Shown here in pieces: positions 22,934 to 37,677 of a DNA stretch of 64,000 nucleotides (its first letter is position 1; each line of letters starts with the position of its first letter). The notes beneath the pieces are model-generated. The model did no database searches. It saw only the letters and a program-made list of their open reading frames with translations, and was not told the origin of the DNA. The DNA is taken from positions 1,674,001 through 1,738,000 of the forward strand of contig CP110440.1 of assembly GCA_026914245.1 (NCBI GenBank), given 5' to 3'. A program made the translations under genes and the position numbers. This DNA is from Puccinia triticina. Taxonomy: Eukaryota.

Positions 22934-25790
22934 ATGCAACCAACAAAGCGCCCACTCAAACGAGCACTCATTACTTATCAGCAAAGCAAAATGTGTTTTC
23001 CCCTTGTCGCAGATATCTATAGTATTGTACCCTTGCCCTTTGCGCAAGATCTTCCAGTACCAGCCGACTCAGACCACCTTCCCAACGCTTTGTGCCTTGT
23101 CCGATATCTTGGGGGCCGTCCCCCCCCTCTTCCATCCAATCCATATACCTTTACAATTCCCGGACACAGTCTCAAACATGCCCAAGACTTTGCCCATGCC
23201 ATGGAAGGAACCGTGCGTTGGACAACTCAAAAGCAAAAACCCGACAAAGAGTCAGCCCAGTCAACTTCATCCGTCAAGGCAGGTCCAGGAAGACCTCCCA
23301 TGAGCACGTTCAAACGCCCCCGGGCTGGCCTCCCTCCGCGGCGTATCAACTCTCAAAAGACACACAGATCTCAAAAGATTGGTTGCACTGCTTGCTATAC
23401 CATATCTCATCACATTGCAACTAACACGCTCCGGGTCTTTTGGCTGTGGGAGCACAACTTTCTCCAAAGAAGAAATGTTCATATGCCGTGCTCCCAAAGC
23501 CGTTGAGAAGTGGCTCAACGACCGGGTGGTTGAAGGTTTAGGGTGGGATTCAATTGAACGTCTTCTACGCTTGCCCAACTTGTTTGACAGTGTGGGTTTT
23601 CTTTGGCTTTACTTCTATTTTATTATGATGTGTGGTATACGTTGACATTATTGTATTTACACAAATTTAGGAAGACTCGTCTGTCTACATAGCTGAAGCC
23701 GCTTGAGACATGTACGACAAAGTGAGGAACTTGATTCGCAAACGGATCAATGTGCTGTCGAAGCGGGACCCAGATGTTTTTAAATCCATATCTATGTGGA
23801 ATGTTGCACTCGTGAAGCTTGGTTGGCACACCTACCTCCCTTCACCCGACGACCCTTCCTCCCCAAACTATCTATTTGCTTTCCAATCGCCATGGCAGAG
23901 AAAGATGCTTCTCAGCCACGGCCAGAGTATGCTGATGCTCGACAGTACCCACAATGCCGTCAGCAACTATGGCTTTCACGATGCTCGCAAGGTCAGCCTG
24001 TATACGCTTGTCATTCGTGACCCTGTCACCGGTAAGGGACTGCCGGTTTGCTGGGCCTTTACTGCATCGGCAGCCACGTAAGTCTGCCATTCAAATGATT
24101 ACAACATCAAATCACACTCATGCTGACATACGGGGTGTGCTTCTCATTAGTGAGCCAATCGAGTTGATCCTTTGATGGTTGCGACTCACCTCCGGGCTCG
24201 TTCCTCAAGCAATCATGAGTGATTGCGCATTGGCAATATTGAACGCTGTTGCTCACGTGTATTGGGACCTTGGTCCCGCAGGCCCCAAGAACTATTGGTG
24301 CATCTTTCACGTCATCAAGGCCTTCAAAGGTGTCGCTGGCCGGTATCTGCAAGAGCGCGCTGACGAGGCAGTCAAGGAGTTCCGGAATCTGCTATATTCT
24401 TGCTTGCCACATCCCGAAACCCGCTGGAGATTCTTCTACAATAAGTGGAAGGCTGTGAATGTTGCCTTTGCAAAGTATTTGGAGGACCAGTGGCATGCCC
24501 ACTATGAAAATTGGGCCATGTTTTATCGCACAGTGAGTCAACATGCTGGTACTCTACATACATAACACTCTGGTAGCATCGCTAATGAAAACATGCTCGA
24601 TCTACTGTCTACAAAAGATAATGACAGACTTCGCACCAAGGAGTGCACACCAATAATTATGTAGAAAGCTGGCATAACATCTTGAAATCAAAGTTCATAC
24701 CGGGCCCCGAACGCCGGCGCATTGATGTTGTCATCCAAATTTTTAAGAGCGAGGTGCTGCCGAGGTATCAAAAGGATAACTACTGTGTAGAAATGGGATT
24801 CCGCAAACAGTGGACAAACAAATTCCAGCTGCATGCAAAGGCATTGGGGGAGAGCTACACACGGTTGTTCTTGGCCGAAATTGGAGTCAACATTGCTGAG
24901 CACCCTACTTATGTAAGCTATCGCATTTCCACCTCAGTATTCAGTACAATCCTAACGCGCTGAGCACCTCTTGAAACTCATTATCACAGTTCCAAATAGG
25001 TTCCTTCACCAGACCCAACAGTCAGTCGTACATAGTTGCTTATGACCAATCAGGGCTAGCGGCGAAAAAAGGCCGACTTACCAGCTGCACCTGCCCACAC
25101 TTTGCGCGGTATGGAAGTGCATGCAAGCACATGTACTTCCTTGCAAAAGACCAAAGCATATTAGTTGTTGAACGTGTGGTTGCACTGGTCCAAGAGGAGT
25201 ACCCACGTGACCAGCTTGGTGTGGACATTAGAACTGTGCTTCCGATCCTAATTGATTCGGACATTGAGGCGCCACACAATGATTCAGATGTTGAAGTGTT
25301 GAATCCCATGACATCTCGACAAACTTGCTACCAACCTGATAACTCGTACACAATGGCACCTCATTCTAACATTTGGGTTCCTGTTGTTTTCCCATTGGTC
25401 TTGCTGGGTACTCACAACAGCACGATGCCTGCTCATGAGGTTGAACGAATAGTAAGACTTGACAATTACTCAGCAACTTCAGCACTAGAACACGCCGACC
25501 GAATAATGACGACAAAGAAGAACTGTTGCACTATGCTAGACAACGCATCTATCAAGGAAATCAGCGTGTTCAGAGTTACCTGCGAGGAGGTACTCAACAT
25601 GGTTGAGTCGAGATGTCGAGGAATCCGCCACAGTAACTTTCCACCGGCACTGCCAGTCACAGATGTGGCTGCATTGGGGCGTGTAGAGATGGATAACCTA
25701 CTGGCGAACTGGCAAGATACTGCAGTGAAGCACTTGAAGAGGACAACAACGCTCTTAAGCGATGTCCGGCACAAGAAAGAATTTACTCTC
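22934..25790 (+). pseudogene. MULE (Mutator-like) DDE transposase with SWIM zinc finger; intron-containing, disrupted
   Basis: LMLDSTHN..SLYTLVIRDPVTGKGLPVCWAF, IMSDCALAILNAV..WCIFHV, HTNNYVESWHNILK and SCTCPHFARYGSACKHM; in-frame TGA near 24174 and a frameshift near 23460. Confidence 0.9.
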
Positions 25791-28700
25791 CCTGTTTCTC
25801 CAGGATCCTGGGCCCTTGAGACCGCAAGTTGGGTCGCGGCGAAGCCGCGTTTGGCGGCGGAGCCGCCCCCAACACTGGAGCAGCAATTTTGCGGCGAAGC
25901 CGTTGGCGGCCACGGAGCTGCACGGCAGCTGGTGTTTGGTGGGGAGCTGATGCTCTAACAAAGAAACTGTGCTGAAGCAGCAGTAAAAAAAGGATCGATG
26001 GGCTGATGCCCCAAGGCCCTAATGTGGGTAATTTTGGTGTTTGTTTGTATTTCAAGTCAGCCTCAGCGCCGATGCGCCTAGCTAGATATTTAAGGGGCAT
26101 GGCGTACGCTGATGCGCTTCAGCCTTGGAACCCTGGGCAGCAAACAACGGCGGGAACACGGCCGCTATTTATGCAAGTCGTTGGACCCAGGTGTGGCGGG
26201 AAGTTGGCTGCGAGGTCACCTCCAGGCTGAAAGTCCCGTGCCGTGATATCATTCTTGAGACCAGCCCAGGAGACGCAAATCATGATGCGTCTGACACCAA
26301 TTCACATTGTCTGTGCTCATCATCAATAGGGTAGCGATTGCACCGCGCTCATCATCGATGCTTATGTCCGTGTCAACCGCCGGAGTCATCTCAGCCGCCG
26401 CAGAAGCACCGTCTCGACAGCTGGAAGGATGCAACTAAGTACAGCCTTGACCGGGGGGATCGTTGACTCACCCGCCAAAACTACACCGTCTCGGCAGCCG
26501 GAAAGATGTGACTGAGTACAGTCTTGATCACTGGAGGAATCCCCTCAGACGGCTAGAAGGATTCCCAACTCTGGTCATCAAGATTGCCCAGCCCCGATGG
26601 CTGGACAAAGTCTGTACTGTTACAAACCATAACCAAGTCCCTCGCTGATACGGGCATGTGACTCGCGAAGAGAGCCTCCGCCAGCCCTCGGAAGGAGGGA
26701 CTTGCACCCTATCGCCCCTTTTTGCGGGGGCTAGATTCTAAATTTGGCTGGAAGGAAGTTTTGGATGTGTAAAATTCCTTGCTTCCATCAAGATTAAATT
26801 TGCTGAGGTTGAAGACTGGCTGATTCCTGTCCAACCTATAGAATCTGAGTTATCTGAAGGTATTCCTTCCATTCCAAATAAAAACATCAAATCCACCCAA
26901 AATATGGATTTTGCACAGAGGGTCTGTGCTCACCAACTCTGTTTCCACAGTTGGCTCTCCACCAGAACATAGAGGGGGTCATTGGCAACATAACAAATTG
27001 CACTATGTTCTGCAGCATCTTCTGATGAAAGAGGGCTAAAATATAGGAGCGGATGTGATAGGTGAGCTGTAGAAAAATCAAACAAACTACCTTCATAATC
27101 CATTCTTGGTGCACAAGTTTGGGGAGATAAGTGGAAGTCCCTCCTGAAAGAGGCTTGCTTTGTGAGTTCCCCCCCAAAGTCTAGAGGGACTTTTTTAAGT
27201 TGGGTACTGTCAGGAAGGGGGGCGGAGCATATTCCCCAACAGGAAATGGTTCCTTAAAATAAGCTCCTCTCACTCTGTTGCAGCTGTTACATCAGCCCAA
27301 TGATAGTATACCTTCTGGAATTGCTGCAGTCAAGTATTTGTTCAAATAAATTTTAAAGGACATTGATTTTGTGGCATTGGGCTTGGAATAGAAGGATGAA
27401 ATAGTAAATTTCATCAATGGCTGGTACTAATACATAGGGCCTTCTGAAGGCAAGCCCCCTATCCCTCAATTTTTCTTGGGTTTATGAATAAGATGCTGAG
27501 ACTTATCTCCCCTCATACCACATATTACAATTCCCAATGAGCAAGAGATGGCCTTCAATTCAGATTTTTGCCCTGCATCTTGAAAACAAGCATGCAGTCT
27601 ACTGCATCAAAAAAGAAAAGGGGGTAGAGAACAAATTGATCCACAGAAAATTCCCAAAAAAGTTCTTCTGCGTCCCTGTACAATGAATTCCCCCGGCACT
27701 TCACTTGATGCAAAACCAGAAAGCGCTTCAAGGCAAGCAACAGTCCACAATTTATCAACACCTGGGTTTCCAGAATCCTCACCTTGGTTGAAAGTTGGGA
27801 TACTGATCATCCTACTCTCAAACATGGATTCAAAAGCTGGCTTATTGATCAACAGAACTATTTCATTGATCCAAATTTTGGCACCTGAAAGCCTGAATTG
27901 CACTATACAACCATTATGTGCATGAGCATCAAAAAATTTATCACAAGAATCAGGCTGATTCATGAGAAGGAAGCCACCCACGGTGTATTATCCAGTGGTC
28001 ACCAATCACCTTTTGCAGTTCCATTCACTCTCCCAATAAACAAATCCCAGGGCCAATTCCTTGGCAAATTTGCTGTATTCTGCCCTTGGGCCTTGAACTG
28101 TTTCAGCCAGCTGCCACTGGAAGCTATATTTTTCCCTCTCTTGACTTATTTATGTAGCAGGCCTATCACTGGGAATTGCTGCTCAACCATTGGAGGAACA
28201 AAAAGAACAACTTTTGTCCACCTCAAATTTCTAAGGCGTTGCGGGCAGGAGCACTCTCAAAACAACACAAATATATAGTCTATACACCAATACTCTCTTA
28301 TTCTTTCCCTTATATCATTTAGATATATGTATAACTGTGTTCTTTTCTTTTTCTCATCCTCTGTAATTTCAGTATGCTTGGGATTTTAAATCCTGGGACC
28401 TGTCCCCTGATTCAGGTGCCATACCTGGCTATCTGACACTGTGCAATTTATGACTCTTTCCACATTGTCTCTGATCATGCAACACTGGCTGAAAATAAAA
28501 AAAATTAACCCTGTTGGCGTCCACTATGGTCAAGAATCTGCGTTGGATACAGAGTCCCTGACCCAAAGGAAAATTCAAAATTTAGGCTGTCACAAGCTTT
28601 GCAACTGTGTTGACTCTTGCTGGCACAAATGCTACGGGTGGGTGCCAAGGAGCTCAATCAGGATGATATGGAGGTATATGGACCTTACATAGCGGAGGCT

Positions 28701-29230
28701 GTCACGTTTGGACTTTTGAGATCAATATCTCATCTGGGGTTATTAAAATTAGTGAAATCTCCTGAGGAGAGTGTTAGTATTAGTCATTTAGTTCTTCTGT
28801 GTCAGCCATTGAGGTTCCCCGTTTGAATTTCAACTCCAATCTATGGAACTAACTGATCAGGCAAGTCACTGCCCCTGGGTGGGGTCTGCTCAGGATTCCC
28901 ATAATTTGATCACCTGTGCCCCACATCACAGCTGTGAAGCACAAGCCGCAGTGCATAAATATGAGAAGACATGCATAGAGAATGACTATTGGGTGTTAGG
29001 GTTAGGGGTTAGGGGTCAGGGCAGTTTTTTTTGAAAAAAACTTGCCAAGGTGTCAAGTTTGGCAAGGTGTGACACCAAAAATGCCACTGACTCCCACCAA
29101 AAAGCCCAGCTAATATTCTGGAGTGAGAGATTTTGTTTGTTTCTTTGCTGCTCCTGACCCTTATTTCCTGGCAATGACACGCGGATATGCGTATTCTACA
29201 CTGCTCAAAATTCTTATTTCTTAACACTGA

Positions 29231-29470
29231 TCGCGCGGGAGTTAGGCTTAGGCTTAGGTTTTTTTCATTTAAAAAAAACCCAGGTAAGGTGTTACATGTG
29301 GGAAGGAGCTATCAGATACAGCGGCAAGGCCCACCCCAAATGACAGGCAAAATCAGGCCCCTCACAGCTCACTCCTTTAACATGGGACGCCGGCGCGCCG
29401 GTCCGTACTCCTTTGCAAATCGTATTTCAATTTCCCAATCGCGCGGCGTAACACGCCGCGTTTTCTCTAG
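29231..29470 (+). mobile_element. Miniature (240 bp) Helitron of a different family
   Basis: A|TCGCGCGGGAG ... CGCGGCGT-AAC-ACGCCGCG hairpin-TTTTCTCTAG|T; TTAGGC repeats near the 5' end. Confidence 0.65.
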
Positions 29471-30483
29471 TTTGTCGAGGGTTCGTCTGTGGAGTCAATC
29501 GAGGTGTTTAAAAGGAAGTCATTCGAGATACTTGGAATAGTGGAGGGCACTTGTGTTGGAGCAAAGAAAAGGGCACAGATACAATGAAGAGCTGGGCTGA
29601 AATGAATCTATACACGGCCGTATCGTGAGCAAGGCAAGAATGGATGTTGGGATAGAAGTCGGGAGGTACCAAAACACAGCTTGCTTATATTGTAAACGTG
29701 CTCATCACGGTGGACCTCAACTTTGTATTTTTCCCATCTTCATCCCGCGACTGCTGGCCTTGTGTTTTTGTGGGCAGGGCTCATCATATTACATATTTTA
29801 CATGTGTTTCTGTTGTTCATCTTGACTGTGGTTGTATTTGCAACTATCTTTATTGCAAATCTTTGGTTGCGAAGCCACTTTTTTTCTCTTAATTTGCGTT
29901 GCAACTTTTGAAATGAATTCATTACATTGAAGAAGTTTTATTCGGGGGTGCCCTTTACTTCCATCTCGGATCTGAAGGAGACAGGCGGACATGTGAAGCA
30001 CCAGCAGTCCACCGCGATCTTCAAAACAGAACCGGTATCCGCACCCCCGCCCGCCAACAGAGGCCAAGCTCAAAAAGAAACCAAAAGATCTACCGCAGAA
30101 GACCTGCATTGCCTACCAAAGCTCCCGATTAAGTCCGCGACAAGATCTGCTCAATTCCTAGCGCTAGGCAAGTGTCTACCCCGAAAGGTTTTTTTTCATG
30201 TGAAATTAAGCAATATTCATTACAAAAACTGCGCCTGGCATTTGTGATCCCGGTGGTGAAAAAACTGGTCAACATATTTTCAATCATCATTAAATTCAAT
30301 TTTTACTGCCATCTAACTGACAATGATCTATTGTCCTCAACAATTAATTTATTTAGAATTTTGTTATACCAATCCTCAAACACTTGTGTTCACTGATTTA
30401 TTGAAAATCAATACAAAAATCAACCCGCCTTTTGTAGAATGAATGGAACCTGGGATCAAGTGGACAATTGAGCTATGTCCCCC

Positions 30484-30605
30484 ATCCTTTGCAAAATCAA
30501 TTCATTGATCCATAGGTGGTGCTTGCATTGTGACCTGATTGAGATCCTTTGCAAAATCAATTCATTGATCCATAGGTGGTGCTTGCATTGTGACCTGATT
30601 GAGAT
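30484..30605. repeat. Exact 60-bp tandem duplication
   Basis: ATCCTTTGCAAAATCAATTCATTGATCCATAGGTGGTGCTTGCATTGTGACCTGATTGAG twice. Confidence 0.95.
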
Positions 30606-30635
30606 GAAGATGAGTGTGAGCTGTGCTCAATGCAG

Positions 30636-31277
30636 CGGTGGGCAGATACGTTACTTTACGTTACAGCAGTGAAATTGGATAATGTAACATCTTTTTAGTT
30701 ATCCAAATTGGCCATTTTGGTAACATACAAAATTCTTGCAGTAAAGTATAGTAAAGTAACTTTTTTTTCAACCTGATTTTTTATGTTTTTGGTAACGTAA
30801 CTTTTTTGATATAGAGCTTTTTGTAAAGGGGGTTGAGATTATTGAAAAAAAGAGCAAGTTGGTATCATGTCTTTAGCTTATTGGTTAAGGCTTGCCTCTC
30901 TGAGGTTAGTGATGTTCAAAGTTGTGGGTTCAACACTTGCTCTGAACAACTTTTAATCTGGCTTCCTGGCAGCATACTGAGTTTATGTGGTTGTTTAGTG
31001 TCAACTTGAGTGAACATCTCACTCATATTGATAAAAACAACCACAAATCAGGGCTTTTACCAGAAAGTTACACCAAAGTTACCCAAATCTGGGAAAAAAT
31101 GTAACGCAACTGGTTTTGTTCAAAATAACTGGGGAACGTAACTAGATAAAATGGAGCCCATTTTCTGCAGGAGATATTGTAACTTCAAATTAGATATCTG
31201 TAACTAGCAGATAACGTAACTGTAAAGGTTACGTTACCCTCATAGTTATCCATTTGGAGAACGTATCTGCCCACTGC
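30636..31277. mobile_element. MITE (hAT-like ends) rich in GTAAC/GTTAC motifs, with an internal tRNA-like remnant
   Basis: GTGGGCAGATACGTT / AACGTATCTGCCCAC inverted repeats; TSD poorly preserved. Confidence 0.6.
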
Positions 31278-31429
31278 ACTACAACGGTGGCTATGGTGTT
31301 GCTGGGGTGGTTGATGAAAGTGGCTGGTTGGCAGCGCTCAAAGTGGTTCTTGACGACAATTGGCATAGGGGCAAGGACAAAAGTTGATTGTTTCTGATTG
31401 GTTGGATGGCTCGCAGGGGACCCAGTGTG

Positions 31430-31862
31430 CCTATAAATAGAGGGCCTGCGGTACCATGATTTCCTCAGGCAACTCTCCAGGCTGGCTTCCAGCCGGGGGG
31501 TTGTCTCACCCCCGTCCGCTGTTGCACTTGCACAGTTTGATGGGGCAATATTTGGTGGCCCCCCTGTGCTTAACCACTGGGGGTCATCCTCTCACTGCTT
31601 TTTGACCTTGCTAGACAAGGATGGGAAGTGGGCCACAGTGCATCAGCTTGCTGATGTTGGGTGGCAGGTTTTGGATTGTATTTTGTTGTACTACTTGTGC
31701 TCATTTTTTTGCTGCTGCTATGGTTGCTGGGAGACATCCTGGTAGTTTTTTTGGTGCCACTTGTAAGGGGGAAACCTTTGATTTTTTTTTGTTATTTTTT
31801 CATTTTGTAGGGGGAACCCTTGAAGTTTTGTTCCATGATTTACAGGCTTTAATATACTTGGA
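31430..31862 (-). mobile_element. Helitron H5 5' region (probably ends at 18043 or 17954)
   Basis: Reverse complement of TCCAAGTATATTAAAGCC ends at 31862, followed by T. Confidence 0.8.
31461..31640 (+). ncRNA. Candidate Helitron-borne structured RNA, type A
   Basis: TATAAATAG at 31432, CAGG at 31466; stem CCCCGTC/GATGGGG with a G-U pair. Confidence 0.55.
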
Positions 31863-32611
31863 TTTCAGTATCTTCACATTGAAATCCACATATCTTTTTA
31901 CTGTGTTTATGGTACAGAAGGTGAAAGTGGACCATTATAGCACTGTATTTACAGGGGCTCAATGGAAAAATCTGTAACACGGCCCAAGTTTGCCTTCTGT
32001 ACCATAAACACAGTGAAAAAATGTATGAATTTGAAAGTGAGATATTCAAAACACATATTCATACGGACTTACTTCGCGCACTGCGAAAAACACTTTGCGC
32101 ACTGCACAGTGCACGGATTCCCAAACACTTTGCGCACTGCGTGTAAAATATGCAGCTTTTGAATATTTTTTTTGACCAATCAATAGAGAGGCTTCACATT
32201 GGCCTCTCTGAATTTTTTGGGAGTTTTTTGAAGCATTCTTCTATGTTTAAAAAAATCATTAAAAACCAGAAGAAATGTAGGATTTGGGCGCCTAAAAAAC
32301 AAGGTTCCCATAGCCCAAAAAGTTCAAATAATTAATCAAGTGATGAAACATGTAAGAACAGCTACTTCAAAACTTTTCAGCCACTTTGTGCAAGCATGCG
32401 TGTCCGAAAAATAAGAAACTTCACCACATATTAGCACATTGCATCTAAATTATCCTCATTTTTCAGACCTTTATCCTTGAAAAAAGTGGCTAAAAACTTC
32501 TGAAGTAGTGTTCTTACATGTTTTATTACTCAATAAATTATTTGGAATTTTGGGGCTATGAGAACCTTGTTTTTTAGGCGCCCAAATCCTACATTTCTTC
32601 TTGGTTTTAAT

Positions 32612-33974
32612 TGTAGAAATACAATCTCAGGCGCGCAGCCATCAGCTAGGAAACTAGCGCGGCTAGACCGCAAATCATACCCAGCTGTAAAAAGAGGTAA
32701 GCCCCCTCGCAGCCCAGACCCAGACCCAAAGACCTAACAGGCACAGAAAGCTGATAGTATCGCCACGTCGACTACAGCAGCAGCAGCCAAGAAAATACCG
32801 GCCAAAGACAAACCAAAAGAACGAACAGACTTCAGAACCCTGTACGTACTCAAGGCAAGATGAAGTTGACTTAGCAATAAGGCTAACTGATTCCCGTTCT
32901 TACACAGAACCCTTGCGCAACGGCTCGGAACCCAGACCCAGACCCAAGAACTTCTCAGCAGAATCACGGCAGACCAAGATCACCGTAAGTAAAGAGAAGT
33001 TCGAAACAAAGAACAAAAGAAAGAAAACCAGAACAGCCGAGCTGACTTCACTTATACACATGTGATAAAGCAGCTCAAGACTTAGCGGAACCCTACCATC
33101 AGGATAAAACGAGGTTACTCCAGTAACCCAATCCATACCAGTAAGCCGCAGATGGATAAAAGAGAATACCAGACCATGACTAACAAGGACATTGCCTCCT
33201 GGCTCAGGTTACTCAGACCACCACCTGCGACGGTGTGATACCAGACTTCATACTCTCATAGCCATCTCCCCATAGCCCTAAGGATTGTCTCGATCTGCCT
33301 TTAGGTGCATAAGAAGTTCACTTCTTATCTACAACTACTTGTTTAGTGTCAGCCTTGAGCGCAAGAGACGGCAACGCTCATGCGCCATAAGGCTGCTACA
33401 GAGCACCCAGCGCGGCAAGAGAAAACCTTTCCGCGCCAGGAAGAGCGCGAAGTGAAGCGCAACGTAAATACTAAATCTATTGAGACTAGCTGCTCTCAAT
33501 AGATAATAGTCATTCCCCTTACATTCACCTTTCTTATCTCCTAGGGATAAATGAAAAGGTCTAAGCGCTCAGAAGCGCGCATAAACCACTTAAAAGCCAA
33601 AGGACCTCGAAGCGAAGAGATCCTTAGATTAGAATTACCCAAATTAGACATAGGTTAATTGATCTCACCTTACCAAGCCCAAGCAATTACGACACCGGTC
33701 GCTTATATATTTCCTTCTCTTTTACTCTTTTCCCTTTCCTTCTCACTTCGTCCTCCATCCTCTTTTCCCTTTTCCTTATCTTCATTATCCTACTTACTCA
33801 TCATCATCCGACTTCGAGTGTTACTTGTTTCTTTTTATCATCTTCCTAACTTACACGCGCTCGATATTTGTATTCAGCGGTAGTCACAGAAGAGACTACC
33901 CCTGACATTTAGCTTGTCATTTCTATACAGACTCTAATCAGCAATAAAATACTTTAGTTGCTCCAATTTTTTCA
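32612..33974. mobile_element. Solo LTR
   Basis: TG...CA with TSD TTAAT; removing it restores the host inverted arm. Confidence 0.85.
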
Positions 33975-35859
33975 TTAATGATTTTTTTTAACATAGAAGA
34001 ATGGACTTACTTCGCGCACTGCGAGAAACTCTTTGCGCACTGTGGGGGTCGTCGTCTCGACGTCCCGCCCCCAGTGCGCGCTTTCGCCACGGCTCTTCGC
34101 GCACTGTGCATTCCCCCCAAAAAACGGCTTGCATTTCTTGTGATATTTTTTGATGAATCAATAGAATGAATTTTTATAATCCCCCTAAAAAATAATCAAG
34201 TCATTTAGGGGTCTCCTTGAGCCTAGAGAAAATTGACATGAAAAAATCATATTTTAACGCGGCAGGGACCTGTAATACCGCTTCCTGTGCCCCAGTAGCC
34301 CCAAAAATTTCACAGTATCATGGTACATGTGCAAATTCATGACCTGATAATTTCAGAATTCTCACCAGCTTTCCTTTAGCCCAAATAGGTATTGCGTTTA
34401 TTATTCTGCGTATATGTATAACTTTTTTGTTACACACAACAACGGTAAAAAATTTTGAGAGCACAGAGAAATATTCTTCAAATTAATTCCCTGAAATTCC
34501 TAGCAATAGTGTGTCATTGTAAAATGAGATATAAGGGGTGCGCAGCAGGCTTAGTAGGAAAATTACTGCTAACTGTATAGCTTTTTTGTTACACACCCAA
34601 ACAGTCCCAAAATTTCAGAAATATTTTCATTGTGGATATTCTCCGCGCCATAAATTTCTTGGCAATAGTGTGTCATGATAACATGAGATATAAGGGGTGC
34701 GCGGCGGGCTTAGTAGGAAAATGGCGGCTACATGTATAGATTTTTTGTTACACGCTGAAACAGTCTGAAATTTTCAGGAATGTTTCAATTTTGCATATTC
34801 TCCGCGCCATAAAGCTCTTAGCAATAGTGTGTCATTAAAACATGAGATAAGTTAGCAGTCATTTTCCAACTAAGCCCGCCGCACTACATCTCATGTTATC
34901 ATGACACACTATAACCAAGAAATTTATGGCGCGGAGAATATCCACAATGAAAACATTTCTGAAATTTTGGGACTGTTTGGGTTTGTAACAAAAAAGCTAT
35001 ACAGTTAGCAGTAATTTTCCTACTAAGCCTGCCACGCACCCCTTATATCTCTGGGAAAAATTCTGAAAATTATCAGTTCATGAATTTGCACATGTGCCAT
35101 GATACTGTGAAATTGTTGGGGCTACTGGGGCACAGGAAGCGATATTACAGGTCCCTGCCGCGTTAAAATATGATTTTTTCATGTCAACTAGAGGCCAAGG
35201 CGGCTCCGCCGCTGTAGGGCACCAATCCATCCTCCTTTCCTGCCAAAAAGCTCCCCAAGTCACCTCATTAGCCCTTCAATATTTGGGTCACCATCCACTG
35301 ATATTCCTCCCCCCCCCCCCCCCCACTGGCCTACCAGCAGAAATCAACAGAAATTCTTCCTGAAGCAGGGCAAGCAGGGACTGGGTGTGTCACAATTCAG
35401 GAGACTTGAATGCATTCATTTAAATCATGGTTCTTGAGATTTTCAAACTTGGCCTTACAGCAACAGAGGAAACAAGCAAGCATTTCACCTCCCCAATTTG
35501 GAATGTTTGACCCCCTTTGCTATCCAAGCCGTCTTAATCACATCTCATGGAATAGCAGCCACATCAAAACACTCCTCATATGGTAGTTAGATTTTAAAAA
35601 CTTACCTCACCCAGAATTTTATTCCATACTTGTTATTGGAATGTTGTCAATAAAAATGCTGCTTAATTTCTAATGGTATAATATTTGGAAGTTATCCAAG
35701 TTTAAAATAGTAGATCTTTCTACACAATAAACAGTGCAAAATTATAAAAAGCCAAGAAGAAATTCATGTATTTATGATCAGATGTATCAATACCACAGAA
35801 TTTGGAAACAAATTATGAACTCAGCGCTCATCTGTGCACAGCTCAGCCAGCTCAGGGTG

Positions 35860-36730
35860 CGACTACACATGCGAATGACCGGTCTGAGGGGCCTTGGTCT
35901 TCCATCCATCCCTAAGACCGGTCATCGCAGCGCTATACATGCGGATGACCGGCCTTCCGCAGGCCGGTCATCACAGCACTACACGTGCAGATGACCGGCC
36001 TGAGGGATTGAGGGACGACCGAGGCGGATCATCCGCACGTGTAGTTTTGCAATAACCGGCCTGAGGAAGGCCGGTCATCCGCATGTATAGCTCTGCGATG
36101 ACCGGTCTTAGGGATGGATGGAAGACCAAGGCCCCTCAGACCGGTCATTCGCATGTGTAGTGCTGCGATGACTGGCCTGAGGGATGGCTGGAAGACCAAT
36201 GCCGGTCATCGCTGGGTACACATTGTGCCAGTCATCGGGTCTCAGTCCACTCGATGACTGGCGTGTGCCGGTCATCAAGTGGGTTGTTTACCCTCTCGAT
36301 GGCCGGTGTGTGCCGGCATCGAGAGGGTTGTGTACATACTCCATGACTGGCTTGTGCCAGTCATTGGGTCACATTCCACTCGATGACTGGCGTGTGCCGG
36401 TCATCGAGTGGGTTGTGTACCCACTTGATGACTGGTGTGTGCCGGCATCAAGAGGGTTGTGTACCCACTCAATAACCGGCGTGTGCTGGTCATTGAGTGT
36501 ATTGAGACCCACTCGATGACTGGCTTGTGCCAGTCATCGGGTCTCAGTCCACTCAATGACTGGCGTGTGCCGGTCATCGAGTGGGTTGTTTACCCTCTCG
36601 ATGGCCGGTGTGTGCCGGCAGGTAGGGTTGTGTACCCACTCAATGACTGGCTTGTGCCAGTCATCGGGTCTCAGTCCACTCGATGAGCTGCGATGACCGG
36701 TCTTAGGGATGGATACCAAGGCCCCTCAGA
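35860..36730. repeat. GATGACCGG palindromic arrays and a local foldback
   Basis: Same motif family as 18975-19530; 35860-36165 is self-complementary. Confidence 0.85.
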
Positions 36731-37677
36731 CCCTAACTTGACACAAGTCCCCCCTGGTGGGAGGCTTGCTGTGGCTGGCCGCGAAGCGGCCCCTCCCGCA
36801 GGGAGGGACTTGTGCAAAAAGTCAAAATTTTGGCTGAGAAAGAAATCACCAATGGCTGGAGGAAAAATACTTAGCATCACCCAGCCTCCCCCTCAGCTCC
36901 TGTGGACCTGCCCCAGAGCCAAATTACACTTCTCAATCTCAGCTTTCAAATGGCGCTGGTCTCATCTCCTCAATCCTTATCATTTTTTCTGTACTAATGT
37001 TTTAAAAAGAAAAAAAACACAAAGAAATGTAAACCAAGGAATTACAACCATCATGCCTTGTGGATATTGTATTCACAAGCCTGCAGATATCTGCAGATCC
37101 TACACCTGTAGCCACCCAATTGTTGCAGATAGGATATTCAGTTGTGCATATTATCAGAAAATCCAAAGTTGGATCTTCAGTGCAATGAAATATTGTCCAG
37201 GATTCCTTTGACCTCCAAAACGGATTCCTTCAATCAGTTTTGGAGTTTATGCCTCAAAAACTTGGGGGAGGGTGCCCATCAGTACTGCCAAGAAAACTGT
37301 CTTTTCAGTTTTTCTTGTACATATTTTGGTGAATTTTAAATTGTGTTTTTTGTGTTTTTAGGATTGAAAATCCTTCCTTTGTCTGCCAGCTTGCAGACAT
37401 TATTCATAAGCTTCTCCTACGGAGAGCCCTCCGGGCGGGGTCCCCCGGACCCTCTGTTTGAGAGGCTTAGTTAAGCTAGCCTCAGACCGGTCATTCGCAT
37501 GTGTAGTGCTGCAATGACTGGCCTGACTCAGGCCAGTCATTGTGCCCCGTGGCGACGACCGCTGGTGCATCGAGGATAGGGGCGCCACCGGGGCAGTTAC
37601 AATAGGAGGAGGGTGGCGTGGCCGTGGTCTGGGTAAGCGGGCGGTGCAGTTAGATGGTGCCTGTGGGTAAATACATA

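Noticed and set aside
25790..25958. C-terminus of ORF 25131-25958 as transposase
   Set aside because: Abrupt compositional change near 25790; likely read-through into unrelated sequence.
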